Shown: positions 32,995 to 43,100 of the stretch, piece by piece
Layout of the letters: every line of letters begins with the position of its first letter
How positions within the stretch are numbered: position 1 is the first letter of the stretch
Origin: Tetramitus jugosus
Taxonomy: Eukaryota; Protista; Heterolobosea
Assembly (NCBI GenBank): GCA_937625935.1
Contig: OW569349.1
Location: 604,303 to 668,302, forward strand
DNA: 64,000 bases
Direction of reading: 5' to 3'
Notes under the pieces: model-generated
Databases searched by the model: none
What the model saw: the letters and a program-made list of their open reading frames with translations, nothing else
What the model was told of the DNA's origin: nothing
Translations under genes and position numbers: made by a program

Positions 32995-35835
32995 TTAGGA
33001 AATGAAAGAATAAAGACTAACGTTGAAAGTGTCAATGTCAGCACCTACAATCTTCACCTCGTCGTGCCCGTGAGAGTGGCAATCCAGAGCACTCATTACG
33101 GCAGTAGAGAAGGAGTATACAGGCTTCTTGCTAATCATTGAGTACACCACTGCTGGATTACTGAAGGCAAACATTTCATTACCATCCGTCATGTGCGACA
33201 TTTTGGGAATGAAATTTGGACTACCAAATTGACTTGTGACGCCATCACTCCCGGTTACGTAAAAGTCAGGACAAATCTCGTCCAAGATCTTTCCTTCGTG
33301 ATGTGCGCTCCATTGGACAATACGTCCATCAGTACCCGTTGAAAGAATGGTCGTTTCATTTCGACTGAACTGGATGCTTGTAACGTATCCATTGTGAGCT
33401 TTCCACTTCATAATTGGATCAGCTCTCTTTGCATCGTAGACGCGAATGTACCCATCATTGCCTGCCGCGACAAACATGGAGCCATTGTGATTGAAGGACA
33501 CAGTTGAAACTGCGACATCTGGCTCGAGAGAGAATCGATTCTCCACTTTCATTTGCTTGAGATTATAACCTAGTATGATTCCTTTGAATGTTGCAGATGC
33601 TTCATCGTTGAGACAACTGACAATACAACTGTTTCCATTGGTTGGGCAACTCGCTAGATCACAAATATTCTTGTATCGCATGTTTTCAGTGACAGTTTCT
33701 GATGCGAACTTGCCAGTCTCCGTGTTGCACACACGTAATCTTCCATTGCTTGAGCCAGAGAGCAACAAACTCTCATTTTTCTTGATCCATTCAACACTCA
33801 GTGCAGGTGCGCCACAATCGAATGCAACGCATGATGAGTTGCTCAGAGACCATACGCGAGTATATCGATCTAAAGCGGCAGTAGCTACAGCAGTACCCTC
33901 GCTGTTGAACTTGCACTGTGTGACGAACCTCTTGTGACCACTCAGTGTCTTCTTTGGTTGCAACTGCTTGAGACGACCATAGTCTTGCGGCAAATCTCGA
34001 TGCGATCTTCTTCGTGTGAGCATCTGAGATTCCATGTCTGAGTTTGATGTGGCAGACGTAGGACTTGACACTCTTTGTTGAGATACAGCAGGCGTGGCGT
34101 TCGTAACTTCGCCTGACAAGGCAGCACCCTCTTCCCATACGTCCTGTTGTCCTCTATTCGAATCAGCACTTGTGTTTGGCAACAGTGTCGATCCAGACAC
34201 TGAATCACCTGTACCCAACATGTCACTATTGTTCGTCACTGGTGTCAAGTCACCTCTCGTGTCCTGATCATCATTACCACCATCATCGTCACTACCACTT
34301 GAGCCTCCACCACTACCACTACCACTACTCGTTGTGCGTTGATTCACCGCAGAATGAGTGAGAATAGAACTGGACCGTGCATGCTGCACATGATCATTAT
34401 CAGATGGAGATGCATTGGCTGGTATTTGATCTCTATGTATACCTGCATCCCTCTCCAACTTTGCAATATACATTTCTGCAGCAATCAACTTGCTCCTCAG
34501 TGATTCATTCTCATTCATGAGCATATTGACCTTTCTTTTGAGAGATGTCAATCGATCTCTCTGATCCGATTCGAGTGTCAACAGCATTGGCCTCTCTGCT
34601 CTCATCAATGACGTACTAATAAAGTTGTACAGTGATACATAGAGCATCTCTAACCAATTCTTGTGAAAATAGGGTTCCAATTTCGTGTTTTGTACATCAC
34701 TCAGCTTTAAAAACGGTAGAATGAACCAGTCCTTCCACTCTTCATCATCACGAATCAACTCTACACCAAATTCTTCAAAAAAGTCACGAATCTTGTCCAA
34801 TCGATTCATTTGCACACAATTTACAACATAAAACTTTTTGAGACTCTGTTCCAATTTTCTCACAGTTTCACACACTCCATTATGTCGACTATTATTATTG
34901 TTACTACTATAGGAATTAAAATTGATTTGATTGTGATTACCACCACTCGTATTACTCGTACTATTACTACTGTTACTATTGTTAGTAGTTGATGTTGTCA
35001 AACTGTCTCTATTGTTACTACTACTACTACTAGTAGTACTAGTACCACTACTACTAATACTAATACTAATACTACCGTTACTAGTACTACTATTGCCTTG
35101 ATTGCTACTATTTACATTGTTACTACTACTATTGTTATTGATTTTTGATGATGATGATTCATCGAGTGAGACATTGACTGATGATGAGGATGACGATGAG
35201 GATTGATGTTGTGAATGTTGTGAATGTTGTGAATGTGGATACTCATCTTGACTACTGCTCAACAACATGTACACAAAATATTTTTTTTCCAAGTATCGCC
35301 AATACTCGATACACTTGATAATTTCATACTGTTTCAAATAAAAGAACAATTGTTCAACAATTTTTTCACATGAAAAAATTTTGGATGGATCATTGCGAGA
35401 TTCCTTATCAAATGCACGAATCGTTTCATTAAATCCTCTAAAGTGCAAGTAATCCTTGACGTGATCATCTGCAACTGATATACTATTGGATAGAGATTGT
35501 TGTTGTTGATGATATTGCTGCTGTTGTTGATGTTGATGTTGTTGGTGATGTTGATGACTCTGTTGATGATATTGTGATTGTGATTGGGAGGATGAGGGAA
35601 AGGCAGAGGAGGTGATTGATGTTGTTGTAGGTGTGTTGTTTAGTGATGATTGTTGTGCAGTAGTAGTAGTAGTAGTAGTAGTCGAAGCTTGAGAGGATGT
35701 TGTACTTGTCAATGGTGTTGTTATGGTGCTCGTGGTGGTAGTAGGAGAATTGACATTGTCCATGGATGGAGGATTGTTGGATGTGGGTGAGGGACTGTTG
35801 TTGCTCACTGTCGAAGTGGAAGTTGATGCTGGCAT
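32995..35835 (-). CDS. WDR91: WDR91-like protein (LisH-like N-domain, coiled coil, WD40 repeats) with S/N/Q/T low-complexity tracts
   Basis: VKDYLHFRGF, EWKDWFILPF, YFHKNWLE..SLYNFIS, and C-terminal WD40 repeats. Confidence 0.85.
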   Translation of the reverse strand: MPASTSTSTVSNNSPSPTSNNPPSMDNVNSPTTTTSTITTPLTSTTSSQASTTTTTTTTAQQSSLNNTPTTTSITSSAFPSSSQSQSQYHQQSHQHHQQHQHQQQQQYHQQQQSLSNSISVADDHVKDYLHFRGFNETIRAFDKESRNDPSKIFSCEKIVEQLFFYLKQYEIIKCIEYWRYLEKKYFVYMLLSSSQDEYPHSQHSQHSQHQSSSSSSSSVNVSLDESSSSKINNNSSSNNVNSSNQGNSSTSNGSISISISSSGTSTTSSSSSNNRDSLTTSTTNNSNSSNSTSNTSGGNHNQINFNSYSSNNNNSRHNGVCETVRKLEQSLKKFYVVNCVQMNRLDKIRDFFEEFGVELIRDDEEWKDWFILPFLKLSDVQNTKLEPYFHKNWLEMLYVSLYNFISTSLMRAERPMLLTLESDQRDRLTSLKRKVNMLMNENESLRSKLIAAEMYIAKLERDAGIHRDQIPANASPSDNDHVQHARSSSILTHSAVNQRTTSSGSGSGGGSSGSDDDGGNDDQDTRGDLTPVTNNSDMLGTGDSVSGSTLLPNTSADSNRGQQDVWEEGAALSGEVTNATPAVSQQRVSSPTSATSNSDMESQMLTRRRSHRDLPQDYGRLKQLQPKKTLSGHKRFVTQCKFNSEGTAVATAALDRYTRVWSLSNSSCVAFDCGAPALSVEWIKKNESLLLSGSSNGRLRVCNTETGKFASETVTENMRYKNICDLASCPTNGNSCIVSCLNDEASATFKGIILGYNLKQMKVENRFSLEPDVAVSTVSFNHNGSMFVAAGNDGYIRVYDAKRADPIMKWKAHNGYVTSIQFSRNETTILSTGTDGRIVQWSAHHEGKILDEICPDFYVTGSDGVTSQFGSPNFIPKMSHMTDGNEMFAFSNPAVVYSMISKKPVYSFSTAVMSALDCHSHGHDEVKIVGADIDTFNVSLYSFIS

Positions 35836-36009
35836 TTGTGATGATTGATTGTTGGGTGTGATAATCTCACTAGTTTTTTTCTGTTGTTGTGTGATCCGCA
35901 CTTTCTTTTTTCTTTGGCGGAGAGAAAACAATTTTGGGCGTTCTAACAAGATCCAAGTGTGAGCTTTTGCTGTGAGTTAGAGGTGTTTGCTGTGTTGTTA
36001 GTTGGTTGT

Positions 36010-37388
36010 TTATTGTTTAAAGCTCAACATCTTGTTCGCATCGTCCAGATCCTTCTTCAGTACGTGAGACAATTCTCCAATGCCCTGACTCTGCATGTTC
36101 AAAAAGTTGAGAATCGATTGAATGGTCTCTGGATCGTTGAGTGTGGCAGTGACGCTCTCATTGCTCTTTGACAAGAGTCGATTCGTGCTCTCTGTATAGC
36201 TGTCAATCTTTGGTCTCAGTTCGTTCAATCGACCTCTGAATTGATTCGGCTGATGCAATGCACTGGTCAATGACTTTAATCTCTCATCAATGGCAATATC
36301 TTCTGTTCGTATGTAAACTCCCTGTTGCATTCTCACTTCAATGCCCTTCATCAGTCTCAGAATACGCTCCGACGATTTTCTGTGTCTCGCTCTAATCTCC
36401 TCCACTTCTCTCAACGTTTCCAATCGCTTCCTCTTGTATGACTCGGCCTCCGATTTGAGTGCACTCAGTACTTTTTCGAGTTGAGCACGTCTCGTGTTCT
36501 GAATTTCGATACGATTCGCCAATTCATCAAAACTTCTCACTGGAATGGGCAGCATGAGTCTGTAGGGTGCTCTCTCAAGTGCATTGATCCATTGTGCATC
36601 AGAAATGGCATCACCATACTTTTGTCTCATGAGATGATACGCCTCCTTGAATTGTTGTTCATTTTGGACGACATTGTAGAAGAAGAAGTGAAATTTGCAA
36701 AATTTCTTATTCTTGTCATATCTCATCTTGATACTGAGCAGTGAAGTGCCTGATCCGTCACCTCCAGACGCAGTCACTATTTCATCAAAAAAAACAATTG
36801 AGTATATTGGCGTACGATCCTACAACACACATGAAAATGACTCCAAAAAAAAGGATGCAAGTACTTACGTGCAATCGGTTGAGAGGATGATGTGGTTGAT
36901 GTTGTTGTGGGAGCTAGTGAAGTTGAAGTACCTGCTGTTGATAATGATGTCGGTATGGATGATGAGAATGAAAAACCACCACCACCTAGGCCACCTAGTC
37001 CACCCAGTCCACTACTTGTCGTATTGGTGGCCAGATCTGATGTTGTTGTTGTTGTTGGATTGGTAGTGGTAGTCGTAGTAGGAGCAAAAGAGAATCCTCC
37101 GGTATTGTCAGTTGATGATGTTGTGGTAGTTGTTGGTGCTCCTGTTGTTGTGGAAGGACCAAAATTGAATCCAGAGCTAGTGGGTGCTGGTGCGACATTA
37201 GATGAAGATGACGAATCACCAAATGAAAATGAAGAAGGTGCGTTCGTTGTTGTTGTTGAACCACCAAATGAAGGTGCAGCAGCAGAAGAGGAGGATGATG
37301 TGGCTGGGGCAGCACCACTGGAACCACCAAAAGTGAAGCCTCCACCAGATGTGCCTGATGTACCTGCTGATCCAAAGTTAAAACTCAT
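36010..37388 (-). CDS. NUP54: FG-nucleoporin Nup54-like; intron 36777-36868
   Basis: FG/FxFG-rich exon 1. Exon 2 has CKFHFFFYN, W..AL..P..LMLPIPVRSFDELANR and QFRGRLNEL. Confidence 0.88.
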
Positions 37389-37608
37389 TTGTTGCTGAGA
37401 GTAGTTGCTGGTTGCTGATCCTTGTTGCTGGTCGTGTTTTTTTTTTCTTGTGAGGTGGAGAAATTGATAAAAATGTTTTTTGTGGAGGTGAAATTCAAAA
37501 TAGGCGCGAGTTTATTGAACGGAGAACTGCAGCGTGGTTGTTTCATTGGATGTCCAATTACTCCATGCATTTCGTCTAGACACACACAAAAATGCTCCAC
37601 AACAAGTC

Positions 37609-38355
37609 TTAATCAACCTTGTTGACTTCTTCTTCAATTTGCTTCTTCAGAGCTTGTTCGCTCAGGGTGACATCGATAATCGACGGCGTTGATTCAGCTG
37701 CTGGAGCAGATGAGCGAATGCCAAATTTACTCAAAAAGGCATCGTGATCAATACCATGATGTTGCATATTGCTCAAGAAGGCATTCCAGAACAAGTTCAA
37801 TGTAGAAATGTACAGAATACGATAATGAGTGGGCAGGAACAAAAAGTTGACAAACTGAGCACCTGGCCACACAATCAAATCAATAATAAATGTCGTGAGA
37901 AACTCTGATTTGCATTTCTGTACACTTTCTTTGATTGTTTTGCCCTCGAGCAGAGACATGGCCGTAAAGAACACTGCCAACGTAGCAGGACCAAATGCCA
38001 ACTCATCCCACAGCACCTTGTAACAACTGACTTTGACTGCTTGTAGCCTTGATGCTCCCTTTGGTAGTTTGATCACCTTGTCAAGTGCCTTGTACCACAC
38101 GTAGCTCAATGGACCACTAATGGTCAATCCATAGACACCGAACCGTATCGTACGCCACAAATCATACTTTGAATGTTCGTGTGATGTGTCTTTTCCGTGA
38201 TGAGCGTCTGATTGAGCCCTTCGAATCATAATTTCTTGACAGAGTGCATCACCTGTTGCATACAGTGTGCCAGCAGTGGCAATTTGTGTCAAGAAGGGTC
38301 GTTTCTGAAGTGCCAAGTTGTATGCGTGCCAAACATATTTGAGTCGTTTTACCAT
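37609..38355 (-). CDS. Mpv17/PMP22 family membrane protein
   Basis: RPFLTQ..T...GDALCQ, DLWRT.RF, VWPGAQFVNFLFLP..YRILY..WNAFLS. Confidence 0.92.
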   Translation of the reverse strand: MVKRLKYVWHAYNLALQKRPFLTQIATAGTLYATGDALCQEIMIRRAQSDAHHGKDTSHEHSKYDLWRTIRFGVYGLTISGPLSYVWYKALDKVIKLPKGASRLQAVKVSCYKVLWDELAFGPATLAVFFTAMSLLEGKTIKESVQKCKSEFLTTFIIDLIVWPGAQFVNFLFLPTHYRILYISTLNLFWNAFLSNMQHHGIDHDAFLSKFGIRSSAPAAESTPSIIDVTLSEQALKKQIEEEVNKVD

Positions 38356-38670
38356 TGTGTTAAGCTAAAAATCTGATTTGTGTTGAAAATTGTTTGTTGA
38401 TTTTGTTGATTTTGTTGTGTGATCAAAAAAGTCTTCTCTGTATTGCGAATTGTTGTTGTTGGCTGGGTGGTTGAGAAGGAGGGATATTTGATAAAGTGTA
38501 TGAACAGGTGTGTGCTGTTGTTGTGTTCGTTTTCTCTGGGAGTGTGCACAATGGTGTGTGGGTGTGTTGCTTCGCAGAATGTGTAGGGATTTTCCTCCAT
38601 GTGAAATGATTTGCGGAATTTTTCCCGCGCGATGTTAAATTTCTCCGCACTACCTTTTTCTTCGAACCCT

Positions 38671-40095
38671 TCAAGGGAACGGAGAGAGGCACTTCCAGTA
38701 CTGAGACTGTACTTGCAAAACTTTGCGATACATATCCATGTGCTCAGGTGATGGTTGTATGCTGTTGTGTTCAATGGATCCGTATTGTATAGGTATCAAA
38801 CTTGGTGATTCACCATTAAGAACCTTGAGACACTCGGAGACACAGAGGGCAACAGTGTCACACTCGTATCCACCCTCTAGACAGAGAACAATACGACCTT
38901 TGTTAACTTCTTTTTCAAGCTGGTAAATGAGGTGACCAAAGATCTGGGGTGTCAGTTTCATCTGGCCAAGTGGATCTCCTTCCACCGCATCAAACCCAGC
39001 CGATATTAGCACGAGCTCTGGCTGAAACTCACGAGCTATAGGCATGAGGATGGAGTGCCAAACATACAGCGCATCTCCATCTCCATAGGGCTGAGGATTA
39101 GAAAAGGGAATATTGACATTCTTTCCTTTGGCAGTCTCAGTTCCCACTTCATCCACTCCTCCAGTCCCTGGATAAAAACCACCATGTCTATGCATGGAAA
39201 AGAATAGAATTCGGTCATCATCGTACAGAATATCCTGAGTCCCGTTCCCGTGATGAACATCCCAATCGACTACCAATACTCGGTTTAATCCCATTCTATT
39301 CACAGCCGCCTTTGCAGCTACAGCTACATTATTGAACAAACAAAACCCAGATGCCTTATCACTAAAAGCATGGTGACCTGGTGGTCTGACGAGAGCAAAC
39401 CCGTTTTGTGCACCTTGCAACAAAACCTTCTCGACGACAGCAATGGTACTTCCTACTGCACTTAGTGCTGCCTCAGCTGAGTGTTCATTAAAATACACAT
39501 CTGTCGTCTTCTTCAGCTCTGGAACAGGTAGAGACACATCATGGACCAAGTTCGATCCAAAGTGCTTGATTGCGCTGATATATTGTTCAGTATGGACAAG
39601 ACAAAGATCTTCATGAGAAACTGAATCTCCTTGAATAATAGTGCACTTTTGATCAAAACCTTCTTCTTCAATCATGCTCCAAATCTTGGTCAACCTAGCT
39701 GGTTTCTCAGGATGAGAGGCCCGTCCAAAATGAAAGGACATTCTTGGATCGTACGAGATAATCGTTCTTCCCTTTGACTCACTTCGATGGACACTCAGAT
39801 CTAAGTTCTCTGAATCTGTCGAGTCTCCTCGAATAATATACACACCATTGGGCTTTAGGATGTTTCCCATGATTACTTCTCCTGAATTCATTTCATCTTC
39901 AAAGAAAATGTTCTTCAAGGAGTACTTTCTCTCCAAGTTTGTGATGTTCACTTTGTAAACTCCCTCCGGGTAGGGATGATGATGATGGACAAATTTGGGA
40001 AGTTTAGAGCTAATGTGAAACTTCTTCAAAGGAATTTGATCACAAGTTGATTGTTTGCGATTCCTTCTCATGAAACATATCGTTTCGTCTGACAT
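38671..40095 (-). CDS. Class II histone deacetylase (Hda1/HDAC6-like)
   Basis: HPEKPARL, RPPGHHA, GFCLFNNVA, DWDVHHGNGTQ, SAGFDA..GDPLG, LEGGY. Confidence 0.95.
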   Translation of the reverse strand: MSDETICFMRRNRKQSTCDQIPLKKFHISSKLPKFVHHHHPYPEGVYKVNITNLERKYSLKNIFFEDEMNSGEVIMGNILKPNGVYIIRGDSTDSENLDLSVHRSESKGRTIISYDPRMSFHFGRASHPEKPARLTKIWSMIEEEGFDQKCTIIQGDSVSHEDLCLVHTEQYISAIKHFGSNLVHDVSLPVPELKKTTDVYFNEHSAEAALSAVGSTIAVVEKVLLQGAQNGFALVRPPGHHAFSDKASGFCLFNNVAVAAKAAVNRMGLNRVLVVDWDVHHGNGTQDILYDDDRILFFSMHRHGGFYPGTGGVDEVGTETAKGKNVNIPFSNPQPYGDGDALYVWHSILMPIAREFQPELVLISAGFDAVEGDPLGQMKLTPQIFGHLIYQLEKEVNKGRIVLCLEGGYECDTVALCVSECLKVLNGESPSLIPIQYGSIEHNSIQPSPEHMDMYRKVLQVQSQYWKCLSPFP

Positions 40096-40148
40096 TGCTT
40101 TTTCTGACTGATGATACTTGAATGAAAAGAACTACAGAAATCAGGCAT

Positions 40149-43100
40149 TTATTCGGAGAAATGAGCTCTGAGATCTTGCCAGATGAGACTCGATGTACTC
40201 TTGATGGAGTGCCATACTTTACTATAGCGACTCCAGTTGGTTATCTTGAACCATTGGCGATACACTGGATTGTTGGGTTTGGTTAATAGGAGCATCAAGC
40301 AAGCGAGTAGGCGAAATGAGAGTCCCAGTACTAGCAACATGCCCCAACAGAGAGCATGATGAGAAAACTGATATCCAAAGGTGTCTAAAGCTCCACTGAG
40401 ATCATAAATCTTTCGATACGTCCACAATTCATTGATGTAGAATAGTTCCATGCTGTATCTGAGAGGACTAAAGAAAGGAGCATATCTCAATGGAAATTTC
40501 ATCTCTTCAAACATGGGTAATCTGGGTGAGATGCCGCTGAAAATATTGAGGATGAATATCATGACAACAGCAGCCAGTTGAGCAATATGAGGGGCTACAA
40601 CAATTGATATCACATATCCCAAGCCATAACAACTCCAATACGTCAGTAGAATGGTGTAAAAGTACTCGATCGTTGGAGCTTTAGGGCCCATTAGAGAGTA
40701 GAATATAGAGGTAAAGATTAGTGGGGCAATGATGTTGTTTGGAATCATAGAGAGATCTTTTGCCCAAAAGTAGAGCACAGTAGAAAGTCCTGTCTGTGAC
40801 TCCTTCCTATACACTGTCTTTTCTCGACCAAACACCCGAAGACTAGCCATGATGGAGCACAGAGCCATACCCATTCCAATAGTATTAGATAAGGTTACTA
40901 TTGGATTAGAGACAGGATGTTTGCAACCTTCTCTCAGTTCCTTCGGGCACTGATTGTATATTTCAGGTGGCACAGGTCCTTTGAATTTGTCTCCCAGGAA
41001 CAACATACCAACAAAGAATCCAGTGAGAGCAACTAGTATACTATCTAATATGATTGATCCAAGTCCTCTCAATTGTTGTATCGCCGATCGTTCGAAACAC
41101 ATGATGAACTGGTACAATAGAGAGTACTTTGCCTTGCGATACGTTTGATTGTACTCTGAACGATTCTCTTGTATTGTTGACTGCCTGATTGAGATTTCAT
41201 TACCGAGTTTTGTTTTGCTTTCGAATTCCATCCATATATCAGGGAGATTATCGACCTCTACGGGCAAAGCAAGCTCTGCCTCACCCGTTCTCTGAGTAGG
41301 AAACACTGTTCCTGATGTGATATCCATAAGATAATCTGATGGATTCACATGAGTGGGAAAGCTATATCCAAGGCATTCAAAATATTTTTGAACTCCAGTT
41401 ACGGGTCCCATATACGCTGTCCTTCCACCTCTACCCAGCAACAACAGAGAATCAAACATTTCGAAGCATTCGTATCTAGGTTGATGGATGACACCAACAA
41501 CCGTAATACCTGATTTTGCAATACTCTTCAGCGCTTCACATACTTCCTTCGCAGCTGCAGAATCGAGACCACTCGTCGGTTCATCACAGAAAAGAATAAT
41601 AGGTTGAGCCACTAGTTCTATTCCTACAGATACCCTCTTTCTTTCCCCTCCAGAAATTCCACGTTTATCCTCATCTCCAATTACTGAGTGTCGAACATGG
41701 CCTAAACCGAGCACTTGGATCACATTGTCAACAATATCCATAATTTCATTCTTGGACTTCTTTCGATCCAGTCGAGTTCTAGCACTAAAGTACAAGCTTT
41801 CTTCAACGGTACACTCTCGGATCATAATATCATCCTGAGGAACAAAACCAATTCTATCACCGTACTTGTCTAAGTTGTCAACCATTTCGCCATTCACAAA
41901 GATCTTGCCCAATACATCTCCATAGTATGCTCTACCCGCTAAGGCTGATATGAAAGAACTCTTGAATATATTCATTGTTAGAGTTAGTACATGAATGCGA
42001 TAAATACAAAAATGTTCCATACACACCTTTCCTGCACCTGAGACACCCATCACAGCAGTCAGCTTACCATGTTGTACCTCTCCATTCACTCCTTGGAGTA
42101 CGATTTGTTTGTTGGAGCGGAGTTTCAATCCCAGTTCCTCAAATCGGATATCGAGAGCAAAATCAGATTTGGGCAGCTCGATCCTTGGTCTTTCGTCCTT
42201 TTGAATGGTCTGGTAATCTGGAATCTTAACCACGAGAAGGTGTTGGCTAGAATCTATCTTGTTCATTGAGTTCTTCTTCTCTTCAAGTTTCTGTTTTCTC
42301 TTACTTCTGTAGCTATCTCCATATCTACGATGATACATTAGATAGAGGATGTACAAGCCGTACAGGACTCCAATCGAGACAATAATAAATATGATTGTGG
42401 CAATACCAGAAGCTGTCATGGAATCCTTGGGTGACCCAGCGGGACAGTGAGAAAAGAAGAAGGTACAACGGACTGGTGATACAGAACCTGCCTGACAAAA
42501 GTGTTTCTTTGGACATTTCACCTGGATAGTAGGATCTGGACAGTAATAACCAGCTGTGCAGGGGAGCGCTAAGAAAGATCCCTCAGGGCAGTATTGAGTT
42601 CGAGAGCATGAATATTTTTCGTTTGGATTGGGACAATAGAAGCCTGCAGGACACTTTTGATTCTGCATGGTTCCAGGAGGGCAATAAGGCATCGAAGTGG
42701 ACCCAGGAGTCAAACATATGTGCGGTTCCATTACAGTACTGTTCGTACAATAGGTTTGTCCAGGGCATAACAGTTCGTCATAATGAAATCTCGGATCCTT
42801 TTCTTCCTCCACAATGACCTCTCGACCAAGGCCACAATAGTCTCCTAATTTGCAATCATAGATGCCCGCCAACATAATCTCTCCACTTTTTGTCCTCACT
42901 TTGAGTAAGAATTTACCTGGAGGGACAAGGATTGGAGGAAACACTGATGTAGCTGCCCAAGTACCAACAGGTGCTTTCACTTCTTTGACCAAATTGTTGC
43001 TATAGCATGTTTGTTGCAGAGGCTGGAACCCTGAATTTTCTCCCAGATGGGGCAAAGAGCAAGGCAAGGGATTGATCAAACCAGCTTCAGGGCATACAAG

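Noticed and set aside
34880-35700. CTA/TTG/GAT microsatellite-like tracts
   Set aside because: They encode S/N/Q/T low-complexity segments within WDR91, and similar CAA tracts are common throughout the window.
36892-37398. Val-rich + strand ORF
   Set aside because: Antisense of the Thr/FG-rich Nup54 exon.
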